DNA of 64,000 nt, from the NCBI RefSeq assembly GCF_006345805.1, contig NC_043021.1:16988001-17052000 (forward strand), written 5' to 3'. A model generated the notes under the pieces. That model was not told the DNA's origin. It ran no database searches and saw only the letters and a program-made list of their open reading frames with translations. The DNA comes from Octopus sinensis (Eukaryota). This document shows positions 34,960-48,011 of this stretch, one piece after another. The translations under genes were made by a program, and so were the position numbers. Each line of letters begins with the position of its first letter. The stretch's first letter is position 1.

Positions 34960-35710
34960 ACTATCATCATCACAACCACCATCATCACCACCACTATCGC
35001 CACCATCACCACCACCACCATCTCTATCATCACCATCATCACCACCACTATCACCACCATTACCACCACTATCACCACCATCACCACCACCATCATCACC
35101 ACTATCACCATCACAACCACCACCATCACCACCACTATCACCATCACCACCACCATTACAACCACCATCATCACCACCACCATCACTATCATCACCACCA
35201 TCACCACTATCACCACCACTATCACCACCACCACTATCACCATCATCACCACCACCATCACCACCACCATCATCACCACCACCACCACCATCATCACACC
35301 ACCACCACACCACCACCATCTCTATCATCACCATCATCACCACCACTATCGCCACCATCACCACCACATCACCACCACTATCACCACCATCACCACCACC
35401 ATCATCACCACCATCACCACTATCACCATCACCACCACCATCACCACCACTATCACCATCACCACCACCATTACAACCACCATCATCACCACCACCATCA
35501 CTATCATCACCACCATCACCACCACCACCACCACTATCACCACCACCATCACCACCACTATCACCATCATCACCACCACCATCACCACCACCATCATCAC
35601 CACCACCACCATCACCACCACTATCACCACCATCACCACCACCATCACCACCACTATAACCATCACCACCACTATAACCATCACCACCACTATAACCATC
35701 ACCACCACTG
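34960..35710. repeat. (CAC/CAT)n low-complexity array
   Basis: About 750 bp of ACC/ATC triplets ending about 38 nt before exon 8. Confidence 0.95.
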
Positions 35711-35747
35711 TTCTGATTGTATTTCTTCTTTCTTTCTTTCTGTGAAG

Positions 35748-35827
35748 GTTGCTCAAAGAGTTGCCGATGAACGTGACGTAGCATGCGGACAGGGCAGCGA
35801 AGTGGGGTTCCAGATTCGCTTGGAAAG
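35748..35827 (+). CDS. DHX36: DHX36 coding exon 8
   Basis: VAQRVADERDVACGQGSEVGFQIRLE(R); phase 0 to 2. Confidence 0.95.
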
Positions 35828-36115
35828 GTTCGCTTCCCATTTGCTTCTTGCTTGCTTCTTTGTTTGTTCTTTTACTCTTTTACTTGTTTCAGTCATTTGA
35901 CTACAGCCATGCTGGAGCATCGCCTTCAGTCAAACGAATCGACCCCAGGACTATTACTTTGTACGCCTAGTACTTATTCTATCGGTCCTTTTGCCGAACT
36001 GCTAAGTTACGGGGATGTAAACACACCAACATTGGTTGTCAAGCAATGGTGTGGGGACAAACACTAACACAAAAATATATATATATATGTATGTATGTGT
36101 ATATATATATGTATG

Positions 36116-36157
<42 letters not shown>

Positions 36158-36439
36158 TGCAGTGGGCTTCTTTCAGTTTCCATCTACCAAATCTACTCAC
36201 TAGGCTTTGGTTGGCTCCAGGCTATAGCCCAAGGTGCCACACAGTGGGACTGAACCCAGAACCATGTGGTTGGAAAGCAAAGCTTCTTCCCACATATCCG
36301 TGCCTGCACCTTTTGTTTGTTTATTGTTTGGTTTTCTTATTTCTTTACTTTTTTTTTTATTTGATATTTTTTTCTCTCTCCTTTCTCAAACAAATGAAAT
36401 CATCAACAGCTGATTGGATTTAAAGTAGTTTTGAGGATT

Positions 36440-36950
36440 GAAATCTATCTCTTTCTGTCTCTCTATTTATGCCTCTTTCTGTATATATTTCTCGTTTTCT
36501 ATCTATCTACACTTCCCTCTATGTAAATATCTATCTCTATCTATCTATATGTCTGTCTGTCTATCTATCTATCTATATGTCTGTCTGTCTATCTATCTAT
36601 CTATATGTCTGTCTGTCTATCTATCTATATGTCTGTCTGTCCATCTATCTATCTATATGTCTGTCTATCTATCTATATGTCTGTCTATCTATCTATCTAT
36701 CTGTCTGTCTCTCTGTCTGTCTGTCTATCTATCTGTCTGTCTGTCTCTCTATCTGTTTATCTATCTGTCTATCTATCTATCTGTCTGTCTGTCTGTCTAA
36801 CTCTGTTTCTCTATCTGTCTATCTATCTATCTATCTCTCTATCTCTATCTGTCTGTCTCTATCTATCTCTCTATCTTTCTTAGTCTACCTATCTCTCTCT
36901 CCTTTTCCCTTTCTTTCTTTTGATATCTTTCTCTCTCTCTCTCTCTCTCT
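36440..36950. repeat. (CTAT/CTGT/CT)n compound microsatellite
   Basis: Seen directly in sequence. Confidence 0.95.
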
Positions 36951-37028
36951 CTGGTTGACATTTGAAAACAAATGATGAGGATGATATATTTATTCCTTTC
37001 TTTTCTCTTCCCCTCAAACCCCACACAG

Positions 37029-37103
37029 GGAGCTTCCACGAGAGAGAGGATCCATACTATTCTGTACGACTGGTATTGTGCTGAAATGGCTGGAATCTGA
37101 TCC
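37029..37103 (+). CDS. DHX36: DHX36 coding exon 9 (motif Ib)
   Basis: ELPRERGSILFCTTGIVLKWLESD(P); phase 2 to 2. Confidence 0.95.
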
Positions 37104-37974
37104 GTAAGTTGACAACACACTTGCATTCTACCACTACCACCACTATCACTGCTACATTATCACCACAACTACCTCCACTCCTACTACTAACTACCACCAC
37201 CACAAACACTACAACCACCACCACTTCCACCCCCACCGCTCCCGCTACCACCAGCACCATTGTCACCATCAGCGCCTCTAAGTTCTGTTATTTTCTGTAT
37301 TAATTAAAACCCAATGTGTTTCATTAGAAACCTGGTTACAAAATGGTTAGGCCTTGTTTTGTGTTTGTTTATGGTTAAAACCATGATTTACAGACATAGT
37401 CTACCCATCTCTTATTGTTGTTATTGCTTAACATGCAGCAGGCTTTATTGGCCGTAGCTGTTGTGCGGACCAACTGACCAGATCAGGTGTTATATTCTGG
37501 AAACAGCTGCAGCCTAACGGAAGGCAAAGCTCTTTGATATTATTCATAAGCGACACGCACAACATGGAACTGAGGAACCAGCAATGCTAATGGAAACCAG
37601 GAATCCCTGGTGCAGTGCTGCAGAATGCATTTCCGTTGTGGTCGCTTCAAAAAGAAGAAGAAATGAAGGCTGAAGTAAACTGCCAGCTAAACCAGTGGTT
37701 CCCAAAGTGCGGGGTACCATACCCCCACCTCCGGGTGGTGGAAAGTTCCAAGGGAGTGTTGTAGAAAAGTGGGGTGATAATTGGGTAGCCAAAGTGTGTG
37801 TGTGTGTGGGGGGGGGGGGCAGTTAATGCAAAAACAACAAAATAATAGGTTAATTAGGTTAGGTTCTATTTGTGGACACCTTGGATAATGTAGATTTACA
37901 TACACACCGACTATAGTAAAACAAATGGGATGGTCATGGCTGGAACGTTTATGGCTGATTTAGGGTTAAACAAC

Positions 37975-38890
37975 AGCAACATTAACAACAACCACAACAT
38001 TAACAACAACCACAACATTAACAACAACCACGACATTAACAACGACCACAACATTAACAACAACCACGACATTAACAACAACCACAACATTAACAACGAC
38101 CACAACATTAACAACGACCACAACATTAACAACGACCACAACATTAACAACAACCACAACATTAACAACAACCACGACATTAACAACGACCACAACATTA
38201 ACAACGACCACAACATTAACAACAACCACGACATTAACAACAACCACAACATTAACAACAACCACGACATTAACAACAACCACAACATTAACAACAACCA
38301 CAACATTAACAACAACCACGACATTAACAACGACCACAACATTAACAACGACCACAACATTAACAACGACCACAACATTAACAACAACCACAACATTAAC
38401 AACGACCACAACATTAACAACAACCACAACATTAACAACAACCACGACATTAACAACGACCACGACATTAACAACGACCACGACATTAACAACAACCACG
38501 ACATTAACAACAACCACAACATTAACAACAACCACGACATTAACAACAACCACAACATTAACAACAACCACGACATTAACAACGACCACAACATTAACAA
38601 CGACCACAACATTAACAACGACCACAACATTAACAACAACCACAACATTAACAACGACCACAACATTAACGACCACAACATTAACAACGACCACAACATT
38701 AACAACAACCACAACATTAACAACGACCACAACATTAACAATGACCACAACATTAACAACAACCGCAACATTAACGAAAACCACAACATTAACAACAACC
38801 ACAGCATTAACAACAACCGCAACATTACAACAACCGCAACATTAACAACAACCGCAACATTAACAACAACCACAACATTAACAACAACCA
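37975..38890. repeat. 18-bp minisatellite ATTAACAAC(A/G)ACCAC(A/G)AC, about 50 copies
   Basis: Direct tandem array ending about 50 nt before exon 10. Confidence 0.95.
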
Positions 38891-38939
38891 CTTCAAAATC
38901 TCTCCGTTGACCCTCGTATTGGTGTTTTTCTGTTTCCAG

Positions 38940-39106
38940 GTCGTTACTCCGGGCCTCACACATTATCCTTGACGAGATCCACGAACGGGATCTTCTCTCG
39001 GACTTCCTCATGGTCATCATCAAAGATCTCTTGGTCACTCGGCCGGACATTAAAGTGATTTTGATGAGTGCGACCCTCAACGCAGAAATGTTCTCCATCT
39101 ACTTTG
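38940..39106 (+). CDS. DHX36: DHX36 coding exon 10 (motifs II DEIH and III SAT)
   Basis: SLLRASHIILDEIHERDLLSDFLMVIIKDLLVTRPDIKVILMSATLNAEMFSIYF; phase 2 to 1. Confidence 0.97.
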
Positions 39107-39139
39107 GTAAGTTACCCAACAGAAACCTACCTTAATACC

Positions 39140-39617
39140 TATTTCTTTACTACCCACAAGGGGCTAAACAGAGAGAGGACAAACAAGGACAGACAAAGGG
39201 ATTAAGTTGATTACATCGACCACAGTACGTAACTGGTACTTTATTTAATCGACCCCGAAAGGATGAAAGGCAAAGTCGACCTTGGCGGAATTTGAACTCA
39301 GAACATAACGACAGACGAAATACACCTATGCATTTCGCCTGGCGTGCTAACGTTTCTGCCAGCTTGCCACCTTAAGATAGATATTAAGGCGGCAAGCTGG
39401 CAGAAACGTTAGCACGCCGGGCAAAATGCTTAACAGTATTTCGTCTGCCATTACGTTCTGAGTTCAAATTCCGCCGAGATCAACTTTGCCTTTCATCCTT
39501 TCGGAGTCAATAAATTAAGTACCGTTTACACACTGGGGTCGATGTAATCGACTTAATCCCTTTGTCTGTCCTTGTTTGTCCCCTCTGTGTTTAGCCCCTT
39601 GTGGGTAATAGAAAAAT
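39140..39617. mobile_element. Head-to-head inverted pair of family-B SINEs
   Basis: Reverse copy 39140-39375 and forward copy 39384-39617, 8-nt loop; flanked by direct repeat AGAAACCTACCTTAATA. Confidence 0.88.
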
Positions 39618-41267
39618 AAGAAACCTACCTTAATAGGTAGGCCCAGGAGTGGCTGTGTGGTAAGTAGCTTGCTAACCAACCACATGGCTCCGGGTTCAGT
39701 CCCACTGCGTGGCACCTTGGGCAAGTGTCTTCTGCTATAGCCTTGGGCCAACCAAAGCCTTCTGAGTGGATTTGGTAGATGGAAACTGAAAGAAGCCTGT
39801 CGTATATATGTATATATATATATATATATATATGTGTATGTGTGTGTATATGTTTGTGTGTCTGTGTTTGTCCCCCTAGCATTGCTTGACAACCGATGCT
39901 AGTGTTTATGTCCCTGTCACCTAGCAGTTCGGCAAAAGAGACTGATAGAATAAGTACTGGGCTTACAAAAAATAAGTCCCGGGGTCAAGTTGCTCGATTA
40001 AAGGCGGTGCTCCAGCATGGCCGCAGTCAAATGACTGAAACAAGTAAAAGAGTTAATATTGTTGGTGTACCTCAGCCAACATAGTTATGCCCTAGCACAG
40101 ACTACAACTATGTTGCCTGAGATACACCAACACATTACCCCCACCAGCCCCCATTAGGTCATGTACCTCATCCTTAAAATCTTCTGAAATCACGTTGATA
40201 AACATGAAGGAATGCATTGGCAGACTCGATTCCTAAAGAAACGTGTACTAGACTACCTTAACACATACCAGGTAATGGTCCCTAATAATGAGTTTTTAAC
40301 ACAGGCAGTGGACCATCAATCTGTTGGGAATAGGGATCTGTCATAGGCGCAGGAGTGGCTGTGTGGTAAGTAGCTTACTAACCAACCACATGGTTCCGGG
40401 TTCAGTCCCACTGCGTGGCATCTTGGGCAAGTGTCTTCTGCTATAGCCCCGGGCCGACCAATGCCTTGTGAGTGGATTTGGTAGACGGAAACTGAAAGAA
40501 GCCTGTCGTATATATGTATATATATATATGTGTGTGTTTGTGTGTCTGTGTTTGTCCCCCTAGCATCGCTTGACAACCGATGCTGGTGTGTTTACGTCCC
40601 CGTCGGCAAAAAAGAGACCGATAGAATAAGTACTGGGCTTACAAAGAATAAGTCCCGGGGTCGAGTTGCTCAATTAAAGGCGGTGCTCCAGCATGGCCGC
40701 AGTCAAATGACTGAAACAAGTAAAAGAGAAAAGAGAAAGAGATCTTATGAGGCTGGATCAATATTCTTTTTGATGCTAACTTAACCTGAGAATACCATTT
40801 TATGATGCTAACCTCCTGTTTTGACCCTTTAGCTTTCAGATTCCAATGTCAAGTGTGACCCTTTTTTAATCACATTCATTTGAATTAGTCCTGCATTACT
40901 TTGTAGCTTTGAGATTTCATTTATGTGATTGTCTATTTTTAGACTGATATTGTAGGGTAAGTGTGAGAGGCCAGATCCAGCCAATTTAAAGATAAAACAG
41001 GTAGATTATTTTGACCAGATAAGGCCTGATTAAATGCTAAAAGGTTGAACTTATCTAAATTAAAAATGTCCATCTAAATAGTTGGTCACCAGGGTAACAG
41101 TTGTGGCAAATAGTGTTTAGTAGCATACGTTCAAAGCATTGTTACATCCATCTCCTTCAATCTTGACTTATTCTATCGGTCTCTTTTGCCAAACCGCTAA
41201 GTGACGGGGACGTAAACACAACAGCATTGGTTGTCAAGCAATGCTAGAGGGACAAACACAAACATAT

Positions 41268-41308
<41 letters not shown>

Positions 41309-42612
41309 CGACAGGCTTCTTTCAGTTTCCGTCTACCAAATCCACTCACAAGGCTTTTGTCGGCCCGAGGCTATAGCAGATGATATTTGCCCAAGGTGCC
41401 ACGCAGTGGGACTGAACCCTTAAACCGTGTCGTTGGTTGGCAAGCTACTTACACACTAAAGTTGGCAGGTCAGATTATTAGATTTTTTTCTTGTTTTAAT
41501 CATTTGACTGTGGCCACGCTGGGGCATCACCTTGAAGAGTTTAGTTGAATGAATTGACCCCAGGCCTTTTGTTTTTTTGTTTTTTTTCTAAAGCCTGGTA
41601 CTTATTTTATTGGTCTCTTTTGCCAAGCTGCTAAGTTACAAGGACATAAACACCCCACCACTGGTTGTTAAGCAGTGGTGGGGGACGAACACAGACACAA
41701 AGGTACACACACACACACCCTTCATTGTGGTTTTGTGGCACAGAGCAAAGCCGACCTTGCCATCCACCCAAGAAAACACAGTAAATGATACTCAAGCAAA
41801 CTGAGCCAAAAGGTTTGCAAGGCGCCAACAGTCCTCAAGTGAGGCATTTGATTATGTATATGATTACTGCTCATTTTACTAAACCCTCATTTGTTGTTCA
41901 CAACAAGAGAATTCATACATATAAAGGTGGTGCTCCAGCATGGCCACAGTCAAATGACTGAAACAAGTAAAAGAGTATGTATATATATATATATATTTTT
42001 TTTTCCTCTGTCTTCCCTTCTCTGGATCTTTCCTTCTCCTTTGTTTCCGACGAAGAGCTCCGCTCGAAACATTAAACCCTCCTTCTTCCCTTCTTTCCTG
42101 AGCATCCAATAATACTATATTTGTTCCACGTCTTCACGTTGTTGTGTTTTTTTGTGTTTTCTTGTTTGGATTAACTATATATATATATATATATATATAT
42201 ACGACGGCCTTCTTTCAGTTTCCGTCTACCAAATCCACTCACAAAGCTTTGGTTGGCCTGAGGCTATAGTGGAAAACACTTGCTCCAAGGTCCCACACAG
42301 TGGGACTGAACATGGAACCATGTATTTGCGAAAAAAGCTTCTTACCACACAGCCACTATTGCCTCTCCTAAAAAAAAAATATCAAACCTTCTAGAATGTT
42401 CCATGTATTTTTCCATGTTTGGGTTTTTTTGTTTTTTCTAGAAAGTCATTGTAGTCTGTGAGGTTGTGAAATTCCAAAGACCAAATTAATTCCTTTGGAT
42501 TTTCTTTTTATTTGTTTTTTGTTGTTGTTGTATTTTATTTTGTTTCTCTTTTTGTTATTTCAATATTTTTTTTTTTGTCGCTAAACGTCTCGTTTCAATT
42601 ATTTTTCTGCAG

Positions 42613-42694
42613 GTGGTGCCCCCATGATCAACATTCCTGGATTTACTTACCCAGTCAAAGAATACTATTTGGAAGACGTCTTAGAAATGACAAA
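42613..42694 (+). CDS. DHX36: DHX36 coding exon 11
   Basis: (G)[26 protein letters not shown]; phase 1 to 2. Confidence 0.95.
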
Positions 42695-44263
42695 GTAAGA
42701 TCTTGTTCTTAAACAGCTTCTGTGTGTGTGTGTGTGTGTTTTTGAGTTCAGTTCCACTGCCTGGTACTTTTGGCAAGTGTCTTATATATTTCTTTACTAC
42801 CCGCAAGGGGCTAAACACAGAGGGGACAAACGGATTAAGTCGATTACATCGACCCCAATGCGTAACTGGTACTTAATTTATCGACTCTGAAAGGATGAAA
42901 GGCAAAGTCGACTTCGGCGGAATTTGAACTCAGAACGTAACGGCAGACAAAATACCTATTTCTTTATTACCGACAAGGGGCTAAACATAGAGGGGACAAA
43001 CAAGGACAGACAAACGGATTAAGTCGATTACATTGACCCCAGTGTGTAACTGGTACTTAATTTATCGACCCCGAGAGGATGAAAGGCAAAGTTGACCTCT
43101 GCGGAATTTGAACTCAGAACGTAACAGCAGACAAAATACAGCTACGAATTTCGCCCAGTGTGCTAACGTTTCTGCCAGCTCGCCACCTTGTAACTATAGC
43201 CCCAGACCAATCAAAGACTTGTGAGTGGATTTTGTAAATGGAAACTGTAAGAAGCCCATTGTGAGTGTGTGTGTTAATATTTGAACTTCTCTGTGATTTG
43301 TCAATGAAGCGCAGAGAGCAAACACTCTCGCATGCATGCATACACACACACATGTATTCACATATATGCATACATACATGTATAAATACACACACACACA
43401 CACATGCATGACTATGGTAAAACGTCTACTTCCCAACCACATAGTTCCAGGTTCAGCCCCACTTCATGGCACCTTGCATAAGTGTCTAGTGAGTGGATTT
43501 GATAGACAGAAATTGAAAGAAGCTCATCATCACCATTTAATGTCCATTGTCCATGGGTTGGACGGTTTGACCAGGGCTGGTAAGCAGGAGAGCTGCACCA
43601 GACTCCAGTCTCATTCGGCAAGGTTTCTACAGCTGGATGCTCTGACAATGTAATGCCTGCTTTTATGTGCCACCGGGCATGGGTGCCATTTGTGTGACAC
43701 CAGTATCTGCCATGACTGCGACTTTGCTTGGCTTGATGGGTCTTCTTCTCAAGCATGACATAATGCCAAAGGTCTCAGTTATTGCCTCTGTGAGGCCCAA
43801 CACTCGAAAGGAACTCAGCCACTTTGTCTCCGTGAGGCCCAATGATCAAAAGGAACTCAACCACTTTGCCTCTGTGAGGCCCAAATATATATAACGGGCT
43901 TCTTTCAGTTTCTATCTACCAAATCCGCTTACAAGGCTTTGGTCAGCTCGAGGCTGTAGTAGAAGACACTTGCCCAAGGTGCCTCACAGTGGGACCAAAC
44001 CCAGAGCCGTGTGGTTGGGAAGCACGTTTGTTACCACATGGCCACACCAGTGTCCAAAATATTCATCGCTTGAAACTGTTCACTGACAAAAAGTGGGGTC
44101 AGTGAAAAATGTTTTAAGGGAAGTTTTTTTTGTGTAGTTCTGAAGGGCTACCCCTGGTCTTCCTCACTGCAATCACTTTAGCTTCAATACTAAATGATCT
44201 CTGTAAAGCAATCAGATGCTTTTCTGAATAGTTCTAATTGAATTTTCCTTCTGCCTGCCATAG

Positions 44264-44383
44264 TTATCAGCCACCTGAAGCCAAGCGTCCGAAATGGGGC
44301 ATGAGAGGAATGGCTAATGCCAGGAAGGAAGAAACGGAAAGACAGCAAATGAAGGATTGGATTCGTGAGACAATACAAGGAAG
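44264..44383 (+). CDS. DHX36: DHX36 coding exon 12
   Basis: (N)YQPPEAKRPKWGMRGMANARKEETERQQMKDWIRETIQG; phase 2 to 2, consistent with both neighbours. Confidence 0.88.
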
Positions 44384-45084
44384 GTATGGATTCACATCAC
44401 CACATCTCGTTTAACCCTTCAGCATGTAAATCTGGCCACATCCGGCCCGAATATTCCACTCATTTTTATATTTAAACTGACCAGATCTGACCTTTCACAC
44501 CTCCCTTATAATGTCATTCTAAAAATAAACAATCACATCATTGAAATCTCAAAGCTACAAGATAATGCCTGATTAATTCAAGACTATGTAATTAAATAAG
44601 CATTACTTTTGATAATAATCTGAATGCTAAAGGGATAATAATTAAATCTGTGAGATGAGTCATTAACAAGATTATGTTTTCCATAAACTAATTAACCTTT
44701 TCTTCAGCAATAAAATATTGTTTAGTTATTTTAAATCTAATTAAATTTTTAGATAGATGAGATGAGTCATTAACAAGATTATATTTTCCGACAAACTAAT
44801 TAACCTATTCTTTAGTAATAAAACATTATTTTAATTATTTTATATCAACACTACATACCAACCGGTTTCAACTCTGATCATCATCAGTCAGATGTCTACA
44901 TAATATACAAGCTTTATTAGTGTTCGTCTCCTCAGTTAAGAAAGCTCTTTCAGGGACATTTGCTGTGCCCCCTACACTTTTCATTCCAGTCACTTCAAAA
45001 ACATTCAGTGCAGCTGCTCCTACATATTCCACATCAGTCCTTTCACCACCACTGTGGCCCCTACATCTACCGTTTCTATTCCAG

Positions 45085-45187
45085 CTACAGCCCTGCTACC
45101 TGTCACTCCCTTGCTTCTATGGACCATAAATTCATTGATATCGAACTCGTTGCTGAACTTATCAAGTATATTTGCTACAAGAAAGAG
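45085..45187 (+). CDS. DHX36: DHX36 coding exon 13
   Basis: (S)YSPATCHSLASMDHKFIDIELVAELIKYICYKKE; phase 2 to 0. Confidence 0.92.
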
Positions 45188-45967
45188 GTGAGTGTCTAAA
45201 TATCGATTTCGAATTTTGGCACAAAGCCAGCAATTTTAGGGGAGGTTGGGTTAAGTTGATTACACTAACCCCAGTGTTCAAGTGGTACTTATTTTATCAA
45301 CCCCAAAAGGGTGAAAGGAAAAGTTGACCACAGCAGAATTTGAACTCGGAATGTAAAGACAGACGAAATGCTGCTAAACCTTTTCTTTTTTACATATTTC
45401 TGTTGAAATACACTTTATTAATTTAAAAAATAACAAAGTGAGTGGATTTGGTAGACGGAAACTGAAAGAAGCCCATCGTATATATGTATATATATATATA
45501 TATATGCATGAGTGTGTTTGTGTGTCTGTGTTTGTCCCCCTAGCATTGCTTGACAACCGATGCTGGTGTGTTTATGTCCCCATTACTTAGTGGTTCGGCA
45601 AAAGAGACCGATAGAATAAGTACTGGGCTTACAAAAAGAATAAGTCCCGGGGTCGAGTTGCTCGACTAAAGGTGGTGCTCCAGCATGGCCGCAGTAAAAT
45701 GACTGAAATAAGTAAAAGAATAAAAGAGAGAGTAAAGAGTATTTAATAAAATAACTTTATCATTATTAAGCTGGTATTTGGAACATAAATCAGAGAAATT
45801 TTCATGAAAGTCTTTGATTTAGATCAGTTTAAAACATGGAACCCAATATTTACCTGGTATTACTTATAGCTTTATCTTCTTCAAGTTCCACCATTAAAAA
45901 AAAAAAACAATCACTTTACATTGTGTATTTCAGTTTATTACGTTAAAAAATGTTATTTGATTTCCAG

Positions 45968-46055
45968 GATGGTGCCATTCTTGTATTCCTTACTGGTTGG
46001 GAAGAAATCCGAAAAACCAACGACCTCCTCAACAAAGATCCTACATTCAACAGTC
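45968..46055 (+). CDS. DHX36: DHX36 coding exon 14 (motif IV)
   Basis: DGAILVFLTGWEEIRKTNDLLNKDPTFNS; phase 0 to 1. Confidence 0.95.
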
Positions 46056-46111
46056 GTATGTTTTATTGACATTTTTATCTGTTTTGTTCTGTAATGTTGC
46101 TGGTATGTGTT

Positions 46112-46341
46112 CGTGGCGAGCTGGCAGAAACGTTAGCACGCCGGGCGAAATGCTTAGCGGTATTTCGTCTGCATTACGTTGTGAGTTCAAATTCCGCCAA
46201 GGTCGACTTTGCCTTTCATCCTTTCGGGGTCGATAAATTAAGTACCAGTTACGCACTGGGGTCGATGTAATCGACTTAATACCTATGTCTGTCCTTGTTT
46301 GTCCCCTCTGTGTTTAGCCCCTTGTGGGTAATAAAGAAATA
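46112..46341 (+). mobile_element. Full-length family-B SINE with 10-bp TSD
   Basis: TSD GGTATGTGTT at 46102-46111 and 46342-46351. Confidence 0.88.
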
Positions 46342-47447
46342 GGTATGTGTTTGTGGAGACCCCTAAAGGTTACAAAACTGAGATTGGCAGGTAGGGGAAT
46401 AGTTTTTAAATTGCTTGACCAATGGAGCAAGGGCAGAACTGATGAGCCCATTTTTTTTTTCCAGGGCCTCCATGAGTGGTAGGAAAGAGAGAGTGACTCT
46501 CAGATTGAAGCCCTGGGTTACTGGTACGATAGAGAGAGAGAGAGTGATCCTTAGATGAGAACCCTGATTTACTGGTGGGAGATAGAGTGACCTTTAAGGG
46601 GAAGAGTATCTTTTTTTTCTTCACAAATGTAAATAAACCCAATCTGTTTCTTAAACGAGGGACATATTCATACGGCACAGAATGTTTTGCACCTCAATAG
46701 ACGTCATTGATTGGTTGAAATTGCAGAAATTGAAGAAAAACAAAAACAAATATCTCACAAACTATAGAATTTTCTCAATAAAGCCAAGAGAAAAAGATGT
46801 TTTATAAACACATTCTACCAGTATGCGAAGTTTAAGTGTTTAGTTATATGGAAATTATTTAAAAAACTGCCGTTCAAACCGAAAAGATCTGACACCTGCC
46901 TGAGCTGCTGTGCTCTGGGATTGAACCTACAATGACATAGTTACAAGGCAAACTTCTTAACCATGTGGTCATGTTTATGACTTTGGTGACACATAGAGGT
47001 GAATGGTAGCAATGACATGTGGTGATTACATGTGGAGGTAACTGATGGCAATGACAATGGAATCAGTTTGATAATACATGGAGGTGATATGGTGGCATGT
47101 GGAAGCGAATGTGGAGATGACTAGTGGCAATGACATGTGGAGATGTTTGGTGTCGATAACACATGGAGGTGAATGGTGTGGTGACGAAGGGAGGTAAGTA
47201 ATGATGAGCCTTGTCAGTGACTTATTGAGACAGATGGTGTTAGTTGCTGCCGATTGGTTAATGATCCATCAGGCATCTGTTATATGGTAGGTACCTTGTT
47301 ATACAACAGAGTGAAATCCATGGTTCTAATATTCCATCTGAAACTATTTCCCATTGTTTAGAAAATCTGCAAATCAGTCAAATTCCAGCCATGACCATCA
47401 CATCTCTTTTTTCTTTTTTTTCTTTCAAGTGGGTAAGGTGTAATTTG

Positions 47448-48011
47448 CAGGGCTGTGGAGTCGAAACAAAAAAAACTTTGACTCCGACTCCTCTACTATT
47501 GACACCCCTGACTCCGACTCCTCTACTATTGACACCTCTGACTCCTACTATTGACACCTCTGACTCCGACTCCTCTACTATTGACACCTCTGACTCCGAC
47601 TCCTCTACTATTGACACCTCTGACTCCGACTCCTCTACTATTGACACCTCCGACTCCTCTACTATTGACGCCTCCGACTCCTCTACTATTGACGCCTCCG
47701 ACTCCTCTACTATTGACGCCTCCGACTCCTCTACTATTGACGCCTCCGACTCCTCTACTATTGACGCCTCCGACTCCTCTGCTATTGACGCCTCCGACTC
47801 GTCTACTATTGACGCCTCCGACTCCTCTACTATTGACACCTCCGACTCCTCTACTATTGACACCTCCGACTCCTCTACTATTGACATCTCTGACTCCTCT
47901 ACTATTGACACCTCTGACTCCGACTCCTCTATGTAATTAAGTGATTGTGGTCTGTTTCACCAACTCCAACTACCCCTTAATTGTTTCCAACTCCATGACT
48001 CCGACTCCCTG
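47448..48011. mobile_element. hAT-type MITE containing an amplified 21/27-bp minisatellite
   Basis: CAGGG...CCCTG termini, exact 8-bp TSD GTAATTTG (47440-47447, 48012-48019); internal GACTCCTCTACTATTGAC(A/G)CCTC(C/T) array at 47480-47930. Confidence 0.85.

Noticed and set aside
34903-35840. Gly/Asp, Pro/Ser and Val/Met ORFs of 116-293 aa
   Set aside because: Translations of a triplet microsatellite.
37911-39098. 278-395-aa Asn-, Val- or Leu-rich ORFs; array could be mistaken for CRISPR
   Set aside because: 18-bp tandem repeat with no unique spacers, eukaryotic intron, no cas genes.
44855-44910. Minus-strand CTGATGA...GAAACCGGTT hammerhead-like string
   Set aside because: Stem II and stem I do not pair; too degenerate to support.
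47378-47940. SIVEESE / TIDASDSS repeat ORFs
   Set aside because: Minisatellite inside a hAT MITE; not spliced into DHX36, since exons 14 and 15 join in phase without it.
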